A stretch of 64,000 bases of DNA from Candidatus Magnetocorallium paracelense (GCA_029001845.1 JAREWP010000022.1:33678-97677); one strand, 5' to 3'; numbered from the stretch's first letter, positions 25,779 through 35,099 are shown. Made by a program: numbers and translations. Notes: a model not told the origin generated them from the letters alone.

Positions 25779-28571
25779 ATGAAAAAACGATATTTAACAT
25801 ATTTTTTCCTTTTCCTTCCTTTACTTCTCCTGCCTGCCATAGCCTTTTCCGCAAGCAGTAACTGGGACGAGATGATATGGGATCAGGATGTATGGGACGG
25901 AAGTAACAAATTTACACTTACTGTAAGTACTACGGGATCGGGAAGCTGTACTGTCACGAGTTCCCCCTCGGGAATTAATTGCGGAAGCGATTGTAGTGAA
26001 AGTTACGATTCAGGAACAAGCGTCACATTAACAGCCACACCTGACAGCGGTTCCACATTCGACGGCTGGTCAGGGGCATGCAGCGGTACAGGGAGTTGTA
26101 ACGTAACCATGACTGTGGCTACAGCCGTAACAGCTACATTCACAAGCGCCTGCGGCGACAACTTTACCATATCCCCGACAAGCAAATCCTTTGATGCGGC
26201 AGGCGGAACGGGCAGTGTATCGGTAACTGCGCCGGCAAGCACATGCACATGGGGCGCTTCGGTAGATTCGAATTCAACGAGCTGGATAACGATAACATCG
26301 GGAAGCAGCGGAACCGGTAACGGAACGGTCAGCTATAAAGTATCGGAAAATACCGGTACGGCGGCAAGAACCGGAACCATAACCATAGCCGGTAAGACAT
26401 TCACCGTGACCCAGGATGGAGCAGAATGCAAATTTACATTATCGGAAACGAGCAAATCCTTTTCCGCATCAGGCGGAACCGGGAGTGTAACTGTAACGCC
26501 TTCAGGCAGCACATGTGCATGGACGGCATCGGTTGATTCATCCTTTGCAGGCTGGATATCCGTCACATCAGGCAGCAGCAGTACCGGAACGGGAACAGTT
26601 AATTATACGGTTGCCGAAAACACCGATACTGGAGCAAGGACAGGTAAGATTACAATCGCAGGACACTCTTTTGAAGTAACTCAGGAAGGGGCATGTGGAT
26701 TTACCCTTACTCCTGCAAGCCAAACATTTACCACAAGCGCAGGAACGGGAAGCTTTGCCATTGATGCATCGGACAGCGCCTGTGCATGGACGGCAACAAG
26801 CAGTGATTCGACGTGGCTTGGTTTTACAACGACTGCAAGCGGAACCGGAGATGCAACAGTGGGTTATTCCGTTACTGAAAATACAGGCTCAGACCAGAGA
26901 TCAGGAACAATCACCATAACAGGAAGTACTTCATCCTCCGTATTTACGGTAACTCAGGATGGAGTAACCTGTGTCAGTACAGGATTTACAATAACGCCTG
27001 CAAGCGCATCTTATGATTATGAAGGCGGAACGGGAAGTGTTGCCGTAACAGCCCCGACAGGTTGTGACTGGACAGCAGTAAGCAACACGCCGGACTGGCT
27101 CCTGATAACATCGGGAAGTACTGGAACAGGAGAAGGCAGTGTTTCTTATGAAGTAGAGGTAAACACATCCTCTGAGACGCGTACAGGAACCATGACCATT
27201 GCAGGAAAGACCTTTACCGTTACACAGGAGAGTTTTGTCGTAGGAACTCTTGTCGGTTACTGGACTTTTGATTCAGGTTCAGGGAGTATTGCCTATGACT
27301 CCTCAGTGAACGGATATGACGGAACCATTGCAGGAGCCGAGTGGATCGAAAACGGCGCCTGCGGGTATGCGCTGAGCTTTGACGGAACGGAAGATTCCGT
27401 AGAGCTTCCCTATTCATTTATGAACGGAATCGGAGCCTTTACATTCAGTGCATGGGTGCTTGTAGATCACGGCGCATTTACATCCGGTGAAACTCTTATG
27501 GGCGCCATTGTTTCGGCAGCTAATGCAGGTCAGTCAAATGAATTACTGCTCTTTGTCAACGGTACGGAGTTATGGCCGATGATAAAGGGAGAGAGATTCA
27601 TAACCACCAGAGGAATCAGCGACAGTCAGTGGCATTATGTCTCTCTTGTAAGAGAGAGTTCCGGTAATTCTTTACTCTACATAGACGGAGAGTTGGACAG
27701 TTCCGGTGTTCTTTCTCATGAACAGTTAAGTGTAGAGCCCGGCGGATTATGGCTGGGAAGAGAGCAGGATTGCGTGGCCGGATGCTGGGATATATCTCAG
27801 GATTTTGAGGGCGCAATGGACGAGATAAAGATATACAACTATGCACTGACTTATGACGAGATGCTGGCTGATATGGCGGACTGCGTACCCACAACAGGCG
27901 GTGAAATCGTCGTAACACCGGGGTCTCACAATTTCGGTGAAGTCAATGTAGGTGATCACTCCTCCCACCAGACCTTTACAATCAAGAATACAGGTGTGGT
28001 AAGCCATGCACTGGGCGGACTGGAACTTTCCGGCGCCAACAGCCATGAGTTTCTGAAGGTAAACGATACCTGTTCATGGAAGACTCTTGATCCTGCACAG
28101 AGCTGTATTGCAGAGATCGCCTTTGTACCTGCTACGGAAGGTGAAAAGAGTGCAGGCCTGGATGTGGTATCCGATGAGTCAACCGTCAGCGTACCATTGT
28201 CAGGCGTCGGAGTAATCACGAGCAGCATCGACCTGGCAGGTGAGTGGCAGTCCTTTGAAATGCAGAAAGTCGGTAGAGACAATTTGCAGGTAAAAGGGAC
28301 TTTCCTTGTCAAGAATAACGGTCCTGAGTATTTCAGAGGTACCGTGAAACTGACAGGATACTTTTCTAATGATGACGTATACAGCTCCGACGATGTGTAC
28401 AAGGCTCAGAAGAGTGTCAATGTAAAGGGACGTCAGGGAACCACCCTGAATGTCAACTTTACGGCGGCCGGACTTACAGGGAAGTATCTGATCGTTGTCA
28501 TCGATGCTGACAATATTGTAACCGAATATGACGAGGATAATAATGTTGTAATAAGTCCCATGATGAGATAA
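25779..28571 (+). CDS. large secreted multidomain surface protein (BACON-like repeats, LamG/ConA-like, choice-of-anchor-D/ASH-like, CARDB-like)
   Basis: 930 aa with RBS aaggag and a signal peptide. About five repeats of the type S..F.A.GGTGSV.VTA....C.W.A.......WI.ITSGSSGTG.G.V.Y.V.EN.....RTG.ITIAG..F.V.Q. LamG_3-like block: LVGYWTFD...GYDGTI...AFTFSAWV...QWHYV...LYIDGEL...MDEIKIYNYAL. Then HNFGEVNVGD...FTIKNTG, and a C-terminal YLIVVIDADNIVTEYDEDNN. Confidence 0.85.
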   Translation: MKKRYLTYFFLFLPLLLLPAIAFSASSNWDEMIWDQDVWDGSNKFTLTVSTTGSGSCTVTSSPSGINCGSDCSESYDSGTSVTLTATPDSGSTFDGWSGACSGTGSCNVTMTVATAVTATFTSACGDNFTISPTSKSFDAAGGTGSVSVTAPASTCTWGASVDSNSTSWITITSGSSGTGNGTVSYKVSENTGTAARTGTITIAGKTFTVTQDGAECKFTLSETSKSFSASGGTGSVTVTPSGSTCAWTASVDSSFAGWISVTSGSSSTGTGTVNYTVAENTDTGARTGKITIAGHSFEVTQEGACGFTLTPASQTFTTSAGTGSFAIDASDSACAWTATSSDSTWLGFTTTASGTGDATVGYSVTENTGSDQRSGTITITGSTSSSVFTVTQDGVTCVSTGFTITPASASYDYEGGTGSVAVTAPTGCDWTAVSNTPDWLLITSGSTGTGEGSVSYEVEVNTSSETRTGTMTIAGKTFTVTQESFVVGTLVGYWTFDSGSGSIAYDSSVNGYDGTIAGAEWIENGACGYALSFDGTEDSVELPYSFMNGIGAFTFSAWVLVDHGAFTSGETLMGAIVSAANAGQSNELLLFVNGTELWPMIKGERFITTRGISDSQWHYVSLVRESSGNSLLYIDGELDSSGVLSHEQLSVEPGGLWLGREQDCVAGCWDISQDFEGAMDEIKIYNYALTYDEMLADMADCVPTTGGEIVVTPGSHNFGEVNVGDHSSHQTFTIKNTGVVSHALGGLELSGANSHEFLKVNDTCSWKTLDPAQSCIAEIAFVPATEGEKSAGLDVVSDESTVSVPLSGVGVITSSIDLAGEWQSFEMQKVGRDNLQVKGTFLVKNNGPEYFRGTVKLTGYFSNDDVYSSDDVYKAQKSVNVKGRQGTTLNVNFTAAGLTGKYLIVVIDADNIVTEYDEDNNVVISPMMR

Positions 28572-28603
28572 TACTCTTTTTATTTCACTAATACGACGCT
28601 ATG

Positions 28604-28640
28604 GAGATGCCCGGAAACAGTCGGGCATCTCTTCTAATCT
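28604..28640 (+). terminator. candidate intrinsic terminator after the 930-aa gene
   Basis: 10-bp GC-rich stem gagatgcccg (28604-13) / cgggcatctc (28622-31), loop gaaacagt, followed by a weak T-rich tail ttctaatct. Confidence 0.5.
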
Positions 28641-28841
28641 GTAAGATGATCCTGAAAGTATAAAGAAGATATTTGGTCATAGTTCTCAGAGGTAGGAGAT
28701 GGGAGGCCGGTTTTATATGACAATACCTTTCTCCAATTAAAATAACCACATTTATGAGTAATAATAAGCTATCAGACAATGGATGAAGAAGTTTTTTACA
28801 ATTCGAATGCGCTGGATTCCCGCCTTAAGAATTTTCTTTTT

Positions 28842-28870
28842 TCTTCGCGCCCTTCGTGTGCTTCGTGGTT
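28842..28870. repeat. family D right-arm-only copy
   Basis: tcttcgcgcccttcgtgtgcttcgtggtt. The first 17 nt are identical to the right arm at 23829-23845. No matching left arm lies nearby. Confidence 0.85.
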
Positions 28871-28877
28871 AAAAAAG

Positions 28878-28942
28878 TTTTTTTTCGAGTACTTTTGATT
28901 TACGATTGTTTTAAAGTTTTAGCCGGATTTACTGAGTTTTGA
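28878..28942 (+). repeat. family E unit, copy 2
   Basis: ttttttttcgagtacttttgatttacgattgttttaaagttttagccggatttactgagttttga. Confidence 0.85.
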
Positions 28943-28984
28943 ATTTTGTCAGGGGTGAATATAATAGTGAACCTCGACAATTCA

Positions 28985-29072
28985 GAAGTTTAAATGTCAT
29001 AATTAAGCATGAAAACAGGTTTTAACATTTTGTATTTGATTTGACACTTGAATTTTGTCACTTTTGAATTTC
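28985..29072. repeat. family F-like hairpin
   Basis: gaagtttaaatgtcataatt ... aacattttgtatttgatttgacacttgaattttgtcacttttgaatttc uses the same tgaca/tttga unit vocabulary as 20175-20353. Confidence 0.55.
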
Positions 29073-29087
29073 TTATACATTAAATTA

Positions 29088-29152
29088 TTTTTTTGAGTAC
29101 TTTTGATTTGCGATTTTTTTTTCGGTTTTAACCGGCTTTACTGCGTTTTGAG
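29088..29152 (+). repeat. family E unit, copy 3
   Basis: tttttttgagtacttttgatttgcgatttttttttcggttttaaccggctttactgcgttttgag. Confidence 0.8.
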
Positions 29153-29165
29153 TTTATACCTGCTA

Positions 29166-29216
29166 AATAAGTAGCAAAACAGTCTCTTTTTTTAAACTGA
29201 CCTCCGTTCCCGGAAT
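29166..29216 (+). repeat. family C partial copy (right end only)
   Basis: aaataagtagcaaaacagtctctttttttaaactgacctccgttcccggaa aligns with aaataagtcaaatttctttaaacagacctccgatccctgaa at 35043-35083. Confidence 0.5.
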
Positions 29217-29240
29217 TTTTTAAGCAGATATGAAATAAAT

Positions 29241-29852
29241 ATGTTATGGCCCGGTGAAAAAGAAGCATGGGATATCCTTTCAGGCCTTGATTCAGAACAT
29301 ATAAAAAACAATGCGAAAGTATTATTCAATTCTCACGATTCTGTATATGAATTGACATGTTTTAGCCAGAGCATCTTTGTTTCCTTAACAGATCGCGATA
29401 TATCCAGTAAATCCTCTTTAGGCAAGTTGCTGGTCAACTCGCTTAGCGATTATTCCAGACTCTCGATACTCAGATACCTGATTCATGCGAATAATCTGCC
29501 CTTTACAGATAAACTCGTACGCCCTTCGGATTTATCGGGAGGCGAGATATTCGCGAGAGGCACTCATGTCCTGCCATTGAATAGAATCGCTTCCTCTTTT
29601 ACAAATCATTATAATGAGTTTCTAAACATTGGTAAAAGCCTTGGCGGCTCTCTTCTTCACTACGGGGACATGTCATTAAAGCTATTTCCTTTTCCGCGAG
29701 TACCTGTCGTTCTTATATTATGGTCAGGCGATGAGGAGTTCCCGCCAAATTCCTCTCTTTTGTTCGATTCAAGCTGTACATATCATTTATCAACTGATAT
29801 TTTATGGTCAACCGCCATGATGACTGTTGAGATGATGTTAATAAAAACCTAA
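29241..29852 (+). CDS. hypothetical protein, DUF3786-like
   Basis: 203 aa. The N-terminal EKEAWDILSGLDSEHIKNNAKVLFNSHDSVYELTCFSQSIFVSLTDRDI resembles my recollection of DUF3786 proteins. The assignment is from memory only. Confidence 0.5.
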   Translation: MLWPGEKEAWDILSGLDSEHIKNNAKVLFNSHDSVYELTCFSQSIFVSLTDRDISSKSSLGKLLVNSLSDYSRLSILRYLIHANNLPFTDKLVRPSDLSGGEIFARGTHVLPLNRIASSFTNHYNEFLNIGKSLGGSLLHYGDMSLKLFPFPRVPVVLILWSGDEEFPPNSSLLFDSSCTYHLSTDILWSTAMMTVEMMLIKT

Positions 29853-30096
29853 GTAACTACTCAGTTATTTAGGTTGAAGACTGAAGCAAAAAATTAAGTG
29901 TATTCAGTAGTTTTGAATCTCCTTTTTGGCTTCTTCAAGAAATCCCATCGTCTTTTTCATGTAATCTTCATACTGTTGGAAAGTTAAGAATGAAACGTAT
30001 CTTTGAAAAAACGTAAATTGTCCCACCTTCTCACTCAAGTCATTTGATTTTTTGCTTCAGCCTTCAGTCTTCAGCCTAAAATACCTAAGCAGTTAC
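29848..30096. repeat. family H (ctgaagg/ctgaagc)n hairpin with a ~140-bp loop
   Basis: Left arm: cctaagtaactactcagttatttaggttgaagactgaagcaaaaaattaagtg. Right arm: catttgattttttgcttcagccttcagtcttcagcctaaaatacctaagcagttac. The loop holds a 40-codon minus-strand ORF fragment (29904-30026). Confidence 0.85.
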
Positions 30097-30142
30097 AAGT
30101 GTTTTACTGCCCTGTCTGTTTTTAAAGCTCAGCATTTAAGAG

Positions 30143-31867
30143 TCAATTCTCTTTGTCTGTTTCTGTAAGATTAAATTTTCTCATTTTTCTGTAAACGGTC
30201 TTTCTGTTTACACCCAACAACCGTGCTGCTTTGGCTTTTTTCCATTCAGCCTGTTCCAACGCTTTGAGAATGATCTCAGGATCATCTATATCAGTGCTCA
30301 TCTTTTGCTCTCTTTTGTTTATGTCCATAAGACCGGGAAATCTCCTCGGCAGGTCGGATAAAGTAATGACCGGTTGACGGCTGACTATAAAAGCGTGCTC
30401 AAGTGTGTGTTTGAGTTCTCTTATATTACCGGGCCAGTGATAATTCATAAATAGATGTAGTACATCTTCCGATAATGTCTGAATTGTTTTGTTGAATTCT
30501 TTATTGAATTTGTCGATAAAGTGACTTATAAGGAGAGGTATATCTTCTTGCTTCTCTCTTAAAGCCGGCAATTCAATGGCAACGACATTTAAACGATAAT
30601 AGAGGTCTTCGCGAAACATACCAAGCTTAATTCTCTCCATAAGGTTTCGATTCGTGGCAGCTATTATTCTGACATCAATTCTTATCGGAGTCGGATCTCC
30701 GACACGTTCAAACTCCTTTTCCTGAATAACTCTTAGGAGTTGCATCTGCATTTTAGGTGAAATATCACCAATCTCATCAAGAAAAACAGTGCCGCCCTCA
30801 GCTATCTGAAATCTGCCCTCTTTATCATCGCAGGCGCCGGTAAAAGCTCCTTTGACGTGACCGAACAGCTCACTTTCAAGAATATTCTCAGATAAAGCCG
30901 TACAGTTAACTTTTATTAACGGCCCCTTTCTCACAGTACTCTTAGAGTGAATAGCCTCTGCCACCAACTCTTTGCCCGTGCCGCTTTCTCCTGTTATGAG
31001 AACAGTGCTGTGTACATCCGCCAGATCTTCTATAATAGAGTAAATGGTCTGCATCTCCTCGCTTTTTCCAATCAAATCGTAAAAACGTCTTCTCTGTGCC
31101 AAATTCCTTTCCATTTCAACAATTTTTGTCATATCTCTGATAATCAGCACTGCTCCGGAAAACCTTCCGCTGCGGTTAATAAGAGGCCGCGCCTTTGTGC
31201 TGACTACTTTGTTTTCAGGCTTCCTGCATCGGCATTCTATATACTCCAGGACAGTTGGAGATTTTCTTTTTATGGATTCAACGGCAACTCCCAGACATCT
31301 CATACTGCAATCAGCCAGGATATCTTTAATCCCGGTTCCAATAATTTTTTCTCTTTTCCATCCACATAACCTGACAGCGGCGGCATTTATTTCAGTCACT
31401 GACATACCTGTATCTATTGTAAGAATCGCGTCATCTACGCTGTCAAAAACAGCTTCCAGGTTTGTTTTGTACCTCTCTTTTTCATCGAGCGCTCTCTTGT
31501 ATTGCAACGCCTTATCGGCAACTCTCAGCAGCTCTTCCTTTTCCACAGGTTTAGAGATGTAATCAAAAGCACCTGAGCGAACCGATTCCGACGCTGTTTC
31601 GATATCCGGATAGCCTGTAATCATAATGACCTGACAATTCGACTCCTTCCTGTTTATTTCCTTTAATATATCGATTCCTGAACTCCTTCCAAGTATTATG
31701 TCCAGAAAAACGATATCATGATCAGAAGTGTCCATTAGGCTTACAGCACCGGAATAATTCTCGGCCGTTGATACTTCATAGCCGTTTTCAGTCAGAAAAT
31801 CGCTAAAGGTAAGTCGTATACCTTTTTCATCATCTACGATAAGAGCTTTAGGCTTCAACTTTTCCAC
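30143..31867 (-). CDS. sigma-54-dependent response regulator (REC-PAS-AAA+-HTH_8, NtrC family)
   Basis: 574 aa. REC: ALIVDDEKGIR...FLDIILG. AAA+: GESGTGKELVAEAIH, GAFTGA, ESELFGH. C-terminal Fis-type HTH: KAKAARLLGVNRKTVYRKM. Confidence 0.95.
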   Translation of the reverse strand: MEKLKPKALIVDDEKGIRLTFSDFLTENGYEVSTAENYSGAVSLMDTSDHDIVFLDIILGRSSGIDILKEINRKESNCQVIMITGYPDIETASESVRSGAFDYISKPVEKEELLRVADKALQYKRALDEKERYKTNLEAVFDSVDDAILTIDTGMSVTEINAAAVRLCGWKREKIIGTGIKDILADCSMRCLGVAVESIKRKSPTVLEYIECRCRKPENKVVSTKARPLINRSGRFSGAVLIIRDMTKIVEMERNLAQRRRFYDLIGKSEEMQTIYSIIEDLADVHSTVLITGESGTGKELVAEAIHSKSTVRKGPLIKVNCTALSENILESELFGHVKGAFTGACDDKEGRFQIAEGGTVFLDEIGDISPKMQMQLLRVIQEKEFERVGDPTPIRIDVRIIAATNRNLMERIKLGMFREDLYYRLNVVAIELPALREKQEDIPLLISHFIDKFNKEFNKTIQTLSEDVLHLFMNYHWPGNIRELKHTLEHAFIVSRQPVITLSDLPRRFPGLMDINKREQKMSTDIDDPEIILKALEQAEWKKAKAARLLGVNRKTVYRKMRKFNLTETDKEN

Positions 31868-34853
31868 TCACAGGTAAATCTACGGTAATTTCTGTATACT
31901 CTCCTTCTATGCTGTCTACCTTGATCTTACCATTATGATCGCTTATAATTCCGTGTGAAATACTTAATCCCAATCCCATTCCTTCACCGGCAGGTTTTGT
32001 TGTAAAGAATGGATTCAATACTTTTTCACCAATATCCGCCGGAATGCCTGTGCCGTTATCGTAAAAAATAAAGCTTGCAACTGAAATATCTTCATTATGT
32101 TTCAGTTTGCAGGAAATTTTCAATATTTTTGTCTGATTATTTTCAAATTTTTTATGATTCAGGGCATATCTGGCATTATTGAGCATATTCAGAAAGACCT
32201 GCTGAATTTGTTGAGAGTTAATGTTAATCTCAGGAAGGTTATCAGCTATGTTTGTCTCTATTAATATACCATCCTTTTCTATCTGCCTTTTTGTAAGGGC
32301 CAGAGTATCATCCAATACTTTTTGAATACCGATAGGAAGCTTATCGTCCTTTTTAACACGAGCGAATGATAACAGTGCTCTGACGATCCCAGCAATACGT
32401 CTGCCTTCTTTTATGATTTCATTGCTGTACTCATACTCCTTTGAGTCTTCCTTTAGTTTATCCAGGATTACTCGGCCATAATTTATGATGCTGTTTACGG
32501 GATTATTGATTTCATGGGCCACCCCGGCGGACAATTCGCCAAGAGAGGCCAGGTGGGCGGTGCGAATTGTCTCTGCCTGAATATGTATCTTTTCAGTGAT
32601 TTCCGTAGCAATCTCTATGACACTGACAATCTTTCCGGAATCATCTTTTACCGGAAAGGCTTTTACTTCCCATACTTTGCCATCTTTTGTCGTTCTTTCA
32701 TCTGAATTTGGTTTTCCGGACTGAAAGCTTTTCAAAGCCTGACAATCATAACACACACTTTTATATCCATGGAGCAACTCATAACAGTAATTGCCTGTTA
32801 TATCATCACTAAACTGTTGAGTCATGCTGTTGTTGGCCCATACAATTTTCAGATCAGGAGATAACTGTACAATCGCATCGGGAATAGAGTCGAGAAGCGT
32901 ATGAAACTCCTGATAAAGTTTTCGATATTTTTGTTCACTCTTAAACAGACTTTCTTCATCTTTTTTACGTTTTGAGATATCGCGAACAATACCTGTAAAA
33001 AACCTGCCTTCCGCTGTTACCCAGCTTCCAAGTGAAAGTTCCAGGGGAAATTCACTGCCTTTTTTATGTAAGCCCACAGTTTCAATTGTTCCGCCAATCA
33101 TTTTTGACGCTTCTCCTGATATAATACGACTGATTCCGCTTTTATGAGATTCTCTGAATCGCTCGGGCATGATGATCGTAACAGGCGCTCCAATCACTTC
33201 ATTTGCCGAAAGACCAAAAATTGAACCGGCTGCCTCATTCCAGAAAATGATTTCACCATTGTTGTTGATTGTGATAATCCCATCACTGGCGGTTCTCATA
33301 ACAGCGTTTAATTGTTCATTTATTTTTTTTAAATCATCTGTTCTTTTCTCCACCAGATTTTCCAGCTCCTCTTTTGAAACCGTACTCTCCTGAAGTTCTA
33401 TACTCATTTTATTAAAGGTCTCTGCAAGTTGTCCTATTTCATCTTTGGACATGACGTCTACTCTGTCTGTAAATTTTCCTTTACCGATATCTTTCGCAGC
33501 GTCAGCAAGTTTTCTGATGGGACGTGAGATATTCCTTCCATAGACAATACTTGACAGGATCACCAGAACAGAAATAATGACAGTAACGATTCTCATTACG
33601 CGTGTCAGGTTCTCAATGGAGCTGAATGCCTCGTCCCTGTCAATCTCGGACATAAGAACCCATTTGAGCCCTTTTATATGAATCGGCGTATATGCGCCTA
33701 AAACCGGCACGTTCCTGTAATCGGGAAACAGGCCTGCCCCTTCACTGCCTTTTAAAGCCTCTTTCACACCCGATGTATTGACTTCCTGAAGTAATATGGT
33801 TGTATCCAGAGCTCTCATCTTCTTAATAAGAGCTTTATTGTACCCCTGCTTTTTCAACAATGAGATATATTTCTCTTTGTTTTCACTGAAAAATCTTGAA
33901 TCGCTTCTCATCAACATATCTTCTCCAACCAAATAGGTCTTCACTGATCTCCCCATTCCACGGTGTTCCCACTTCCTTTGTGAGGTCATGATTTCATCGA
34001 TTTTATGAATAGATAGTTGGAAGACCAATATACCTGTTAAAGTGTCATCATCAAATACAGGTGATGACACAAATGCGGCAGGCTTATTATAAGAAGGCTC
34101 ATAATGGCTGAAGTCTGCTATATATGCATTGTCTTTGACTTTAAGATTAAGGGCTTTTCTAAAAACCTTTGCAAGATTCGATTTTCGATAGGGTCCTGTC
34201 ATTAAGGAGGTTCCGAAATCGACTTCTTTAAATGTGGAATATACAATATACCCCTGTTCCGGCTCTATTAGGAAAATATCGTAATATTCAATGATACTCC
34301 TGAATAGTTTCCTCATCATAGGGTGATATTTTTTATGCACTTTACTGTAAGTCGATCCGTCAGAGGAGTAATCGTACTCATATTTACGTCCTAAATCTTT
34401 TGGATTGGACGAGATGTAGAGATGTTGGAGTATTCTTGTAACCTTCTCTTCAGGCCACCATTTATCCAAAGAGTTAACTGCAGAACCATAAGTATGCTCC
34501 CTTTGATATCGATATCTGTTTTTAAGCTTTTTCTCGAATTCTCCTTTGTTTGAGTCATACCATACAGACAATTCCTGCTCAACTTTCCAAAAAGCATCTG
34601 TAAATTCACTGACTGCGCTGATTACGGATAAGTCATTCGAGTGTTGAACGGACTGATCCTTTACTATTTTTAAATACTCCTCTATCTGTTCTCTCTTTAA
34701 CTCCCTTAATGAAAGCAGATGTTTCATAACCTGCTCTTTCATGACATTCCTGACTTTTAAAGAGGAAATCATACCGAGAACAATAAGAGGCAGCAATCCA
34801 ATGATAAAAAAAATTATGACCAGTTTTTTACTTATCGTTAATCTGTTACGCAT
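31848..34853 (-). CDS. sensor histidine kinase (TM, Cache-like extracytoplasmic domain, HAMP, 2 PAS, HisKA, HATPase)
   Basis: 1001 aa. HAMP: ISRPIRKLADAAKDIGKGKF...DEIGQLAETFNKM. PAS S-boxes. H-box: GVAHEINNPVNSI. ATPase: GEGMGLGLSISHGII. Overlaps the regulator gene by 20 nt. Confidence 0.9.
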   Translation of the reverse strand: MRNRLTISKKLVIIFFIIGLLPLIVLGMISSLKVRNVMKEQVMKHLLSLRELKREQIEEYLKIVKDQSVQHSNDLSVISAVSEFTDAFWKVEQELSVWYDSNKGEFEKKLKNRYRYQREHTYGSAVNSLDKWWPEEKVTRILQHLYISSNPKDLGRKYEYDYSSDGSTYSKVHKKYHPMMRKLFRSIIEYYDIFLIEPEQGYIVYSTFKEVDFGTSLMTGPYRKSNLAKVFRKALNLKVKDNAYIADFSHYEPSYNKPAAFVSSPVFDDDTLTGILVFQLSIHKIDEIMTSQRKWEHRGMGRSVKTYLVGEDMLMRSDSRFFSENKEKYISLLKKQGYNKALIKKMRALDTTILLQEVNTSGVKEALKGSEGAGLFPDYRNVPVLGAYTPIHIKGLKWVLMSEIDRDEAFSSIENLTRVMRIVTVIISVLVILSSIVYGRNISRPIRKLADAAKDIGKGKFTDRVDVMSKDEIGQLAETFNKMSIELQESTVSKEELENLVEKRTDDLKKINEQLNAVMRTASDGIITINNNGEIIFWNEAAGSIFGLSANEVIGAPVTIIMPERFRESHKSGISRIISGEASKMIGGTIETVGLHKKGSEFPLELSLGSWVTAEGRFFTGIVRDISKRKKDEESLFKSEQKYRKLYQEFHTLLDSIPDAIVQLSPDLKIVWANNSMTQQFSDDITGNYCYELLHGYKSVCYDCQALKSFQSGKPNSDERTTKDGKVWEVKAFPVKDDSGKIVSVIEIATEITEKIHIQAETIRTAHLASLGELSAGVAHEINNPVNSIINYGRVILDKLKEDSKEYEYSNEIIKEGRRIAGIVRALLSFARVKKDDKLPIGIQKVLDDTLALTKRQIEKDGILIETNIADNLPEININSQQIQQVFLNMLNNARYALNHKKFENNQTKILKISCKLKHNEDISVASFIFYDNGTGIPADIGEKVLNPFFTTKPAGEGMGLGLSISHGIISDHNGKIKVDSIEGEYTEITVDLPVSGKVEA

Positions 34854-34924
34854 ATTTTTAGAATGAGGAGAATATTGTTATCAATAATACTCTTTTATAA
34901 GATCGTCTCAGGTTTTTTCATATT

Positions 34925-35099
34925 GTAACTGTTCACAGTGATCTGAGGTCAGAGGTCAGTTGAAGGGTAAAGGGGAGTTTTTTTTATTGAATTTCATGAG
35001 CATAATTGTCGTTTACACCCTTTTCTGACTTCTTAATGAGATAAATAAGTCAAATTTCTTTAAACAGACCTCCGATCCCTGAACTCTTTGAACCGTTAC
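34925..35099 (+). repeat. family C MITE-like element, copy 2
   Basis: gtaactgttcacagtgatctgaggtcagaggtcagttgaagggtaaagggg...ttcatgagcataatt...aaacagacctccgatccctgaactctttgaaccgttac. The termini are inverted. Confidence 0.85.

Noticed and set aside
25900-27250. Diversity-generating retroelement (template/variable repeat) suggested by the internal DNA repeats of the 930-aa gene.
   Set aside because: The repeats correspond to tandem protein domains (BACON-like) that have diverged at all codon positions. No reverse transcriptase is present, and there is no adenine-specific mismatch pattern between any pair.
24001-28571. Prophage or phage-tail-like particle, suggested by the tail-fibre-like protein.
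   Set aside because: No capsid, portal, terminase, sheath, tube, baseplate, integrase or lysis genes occur anywhere in the window. Both proteins have signal/anchor sequences typical of cellular surface proteins.
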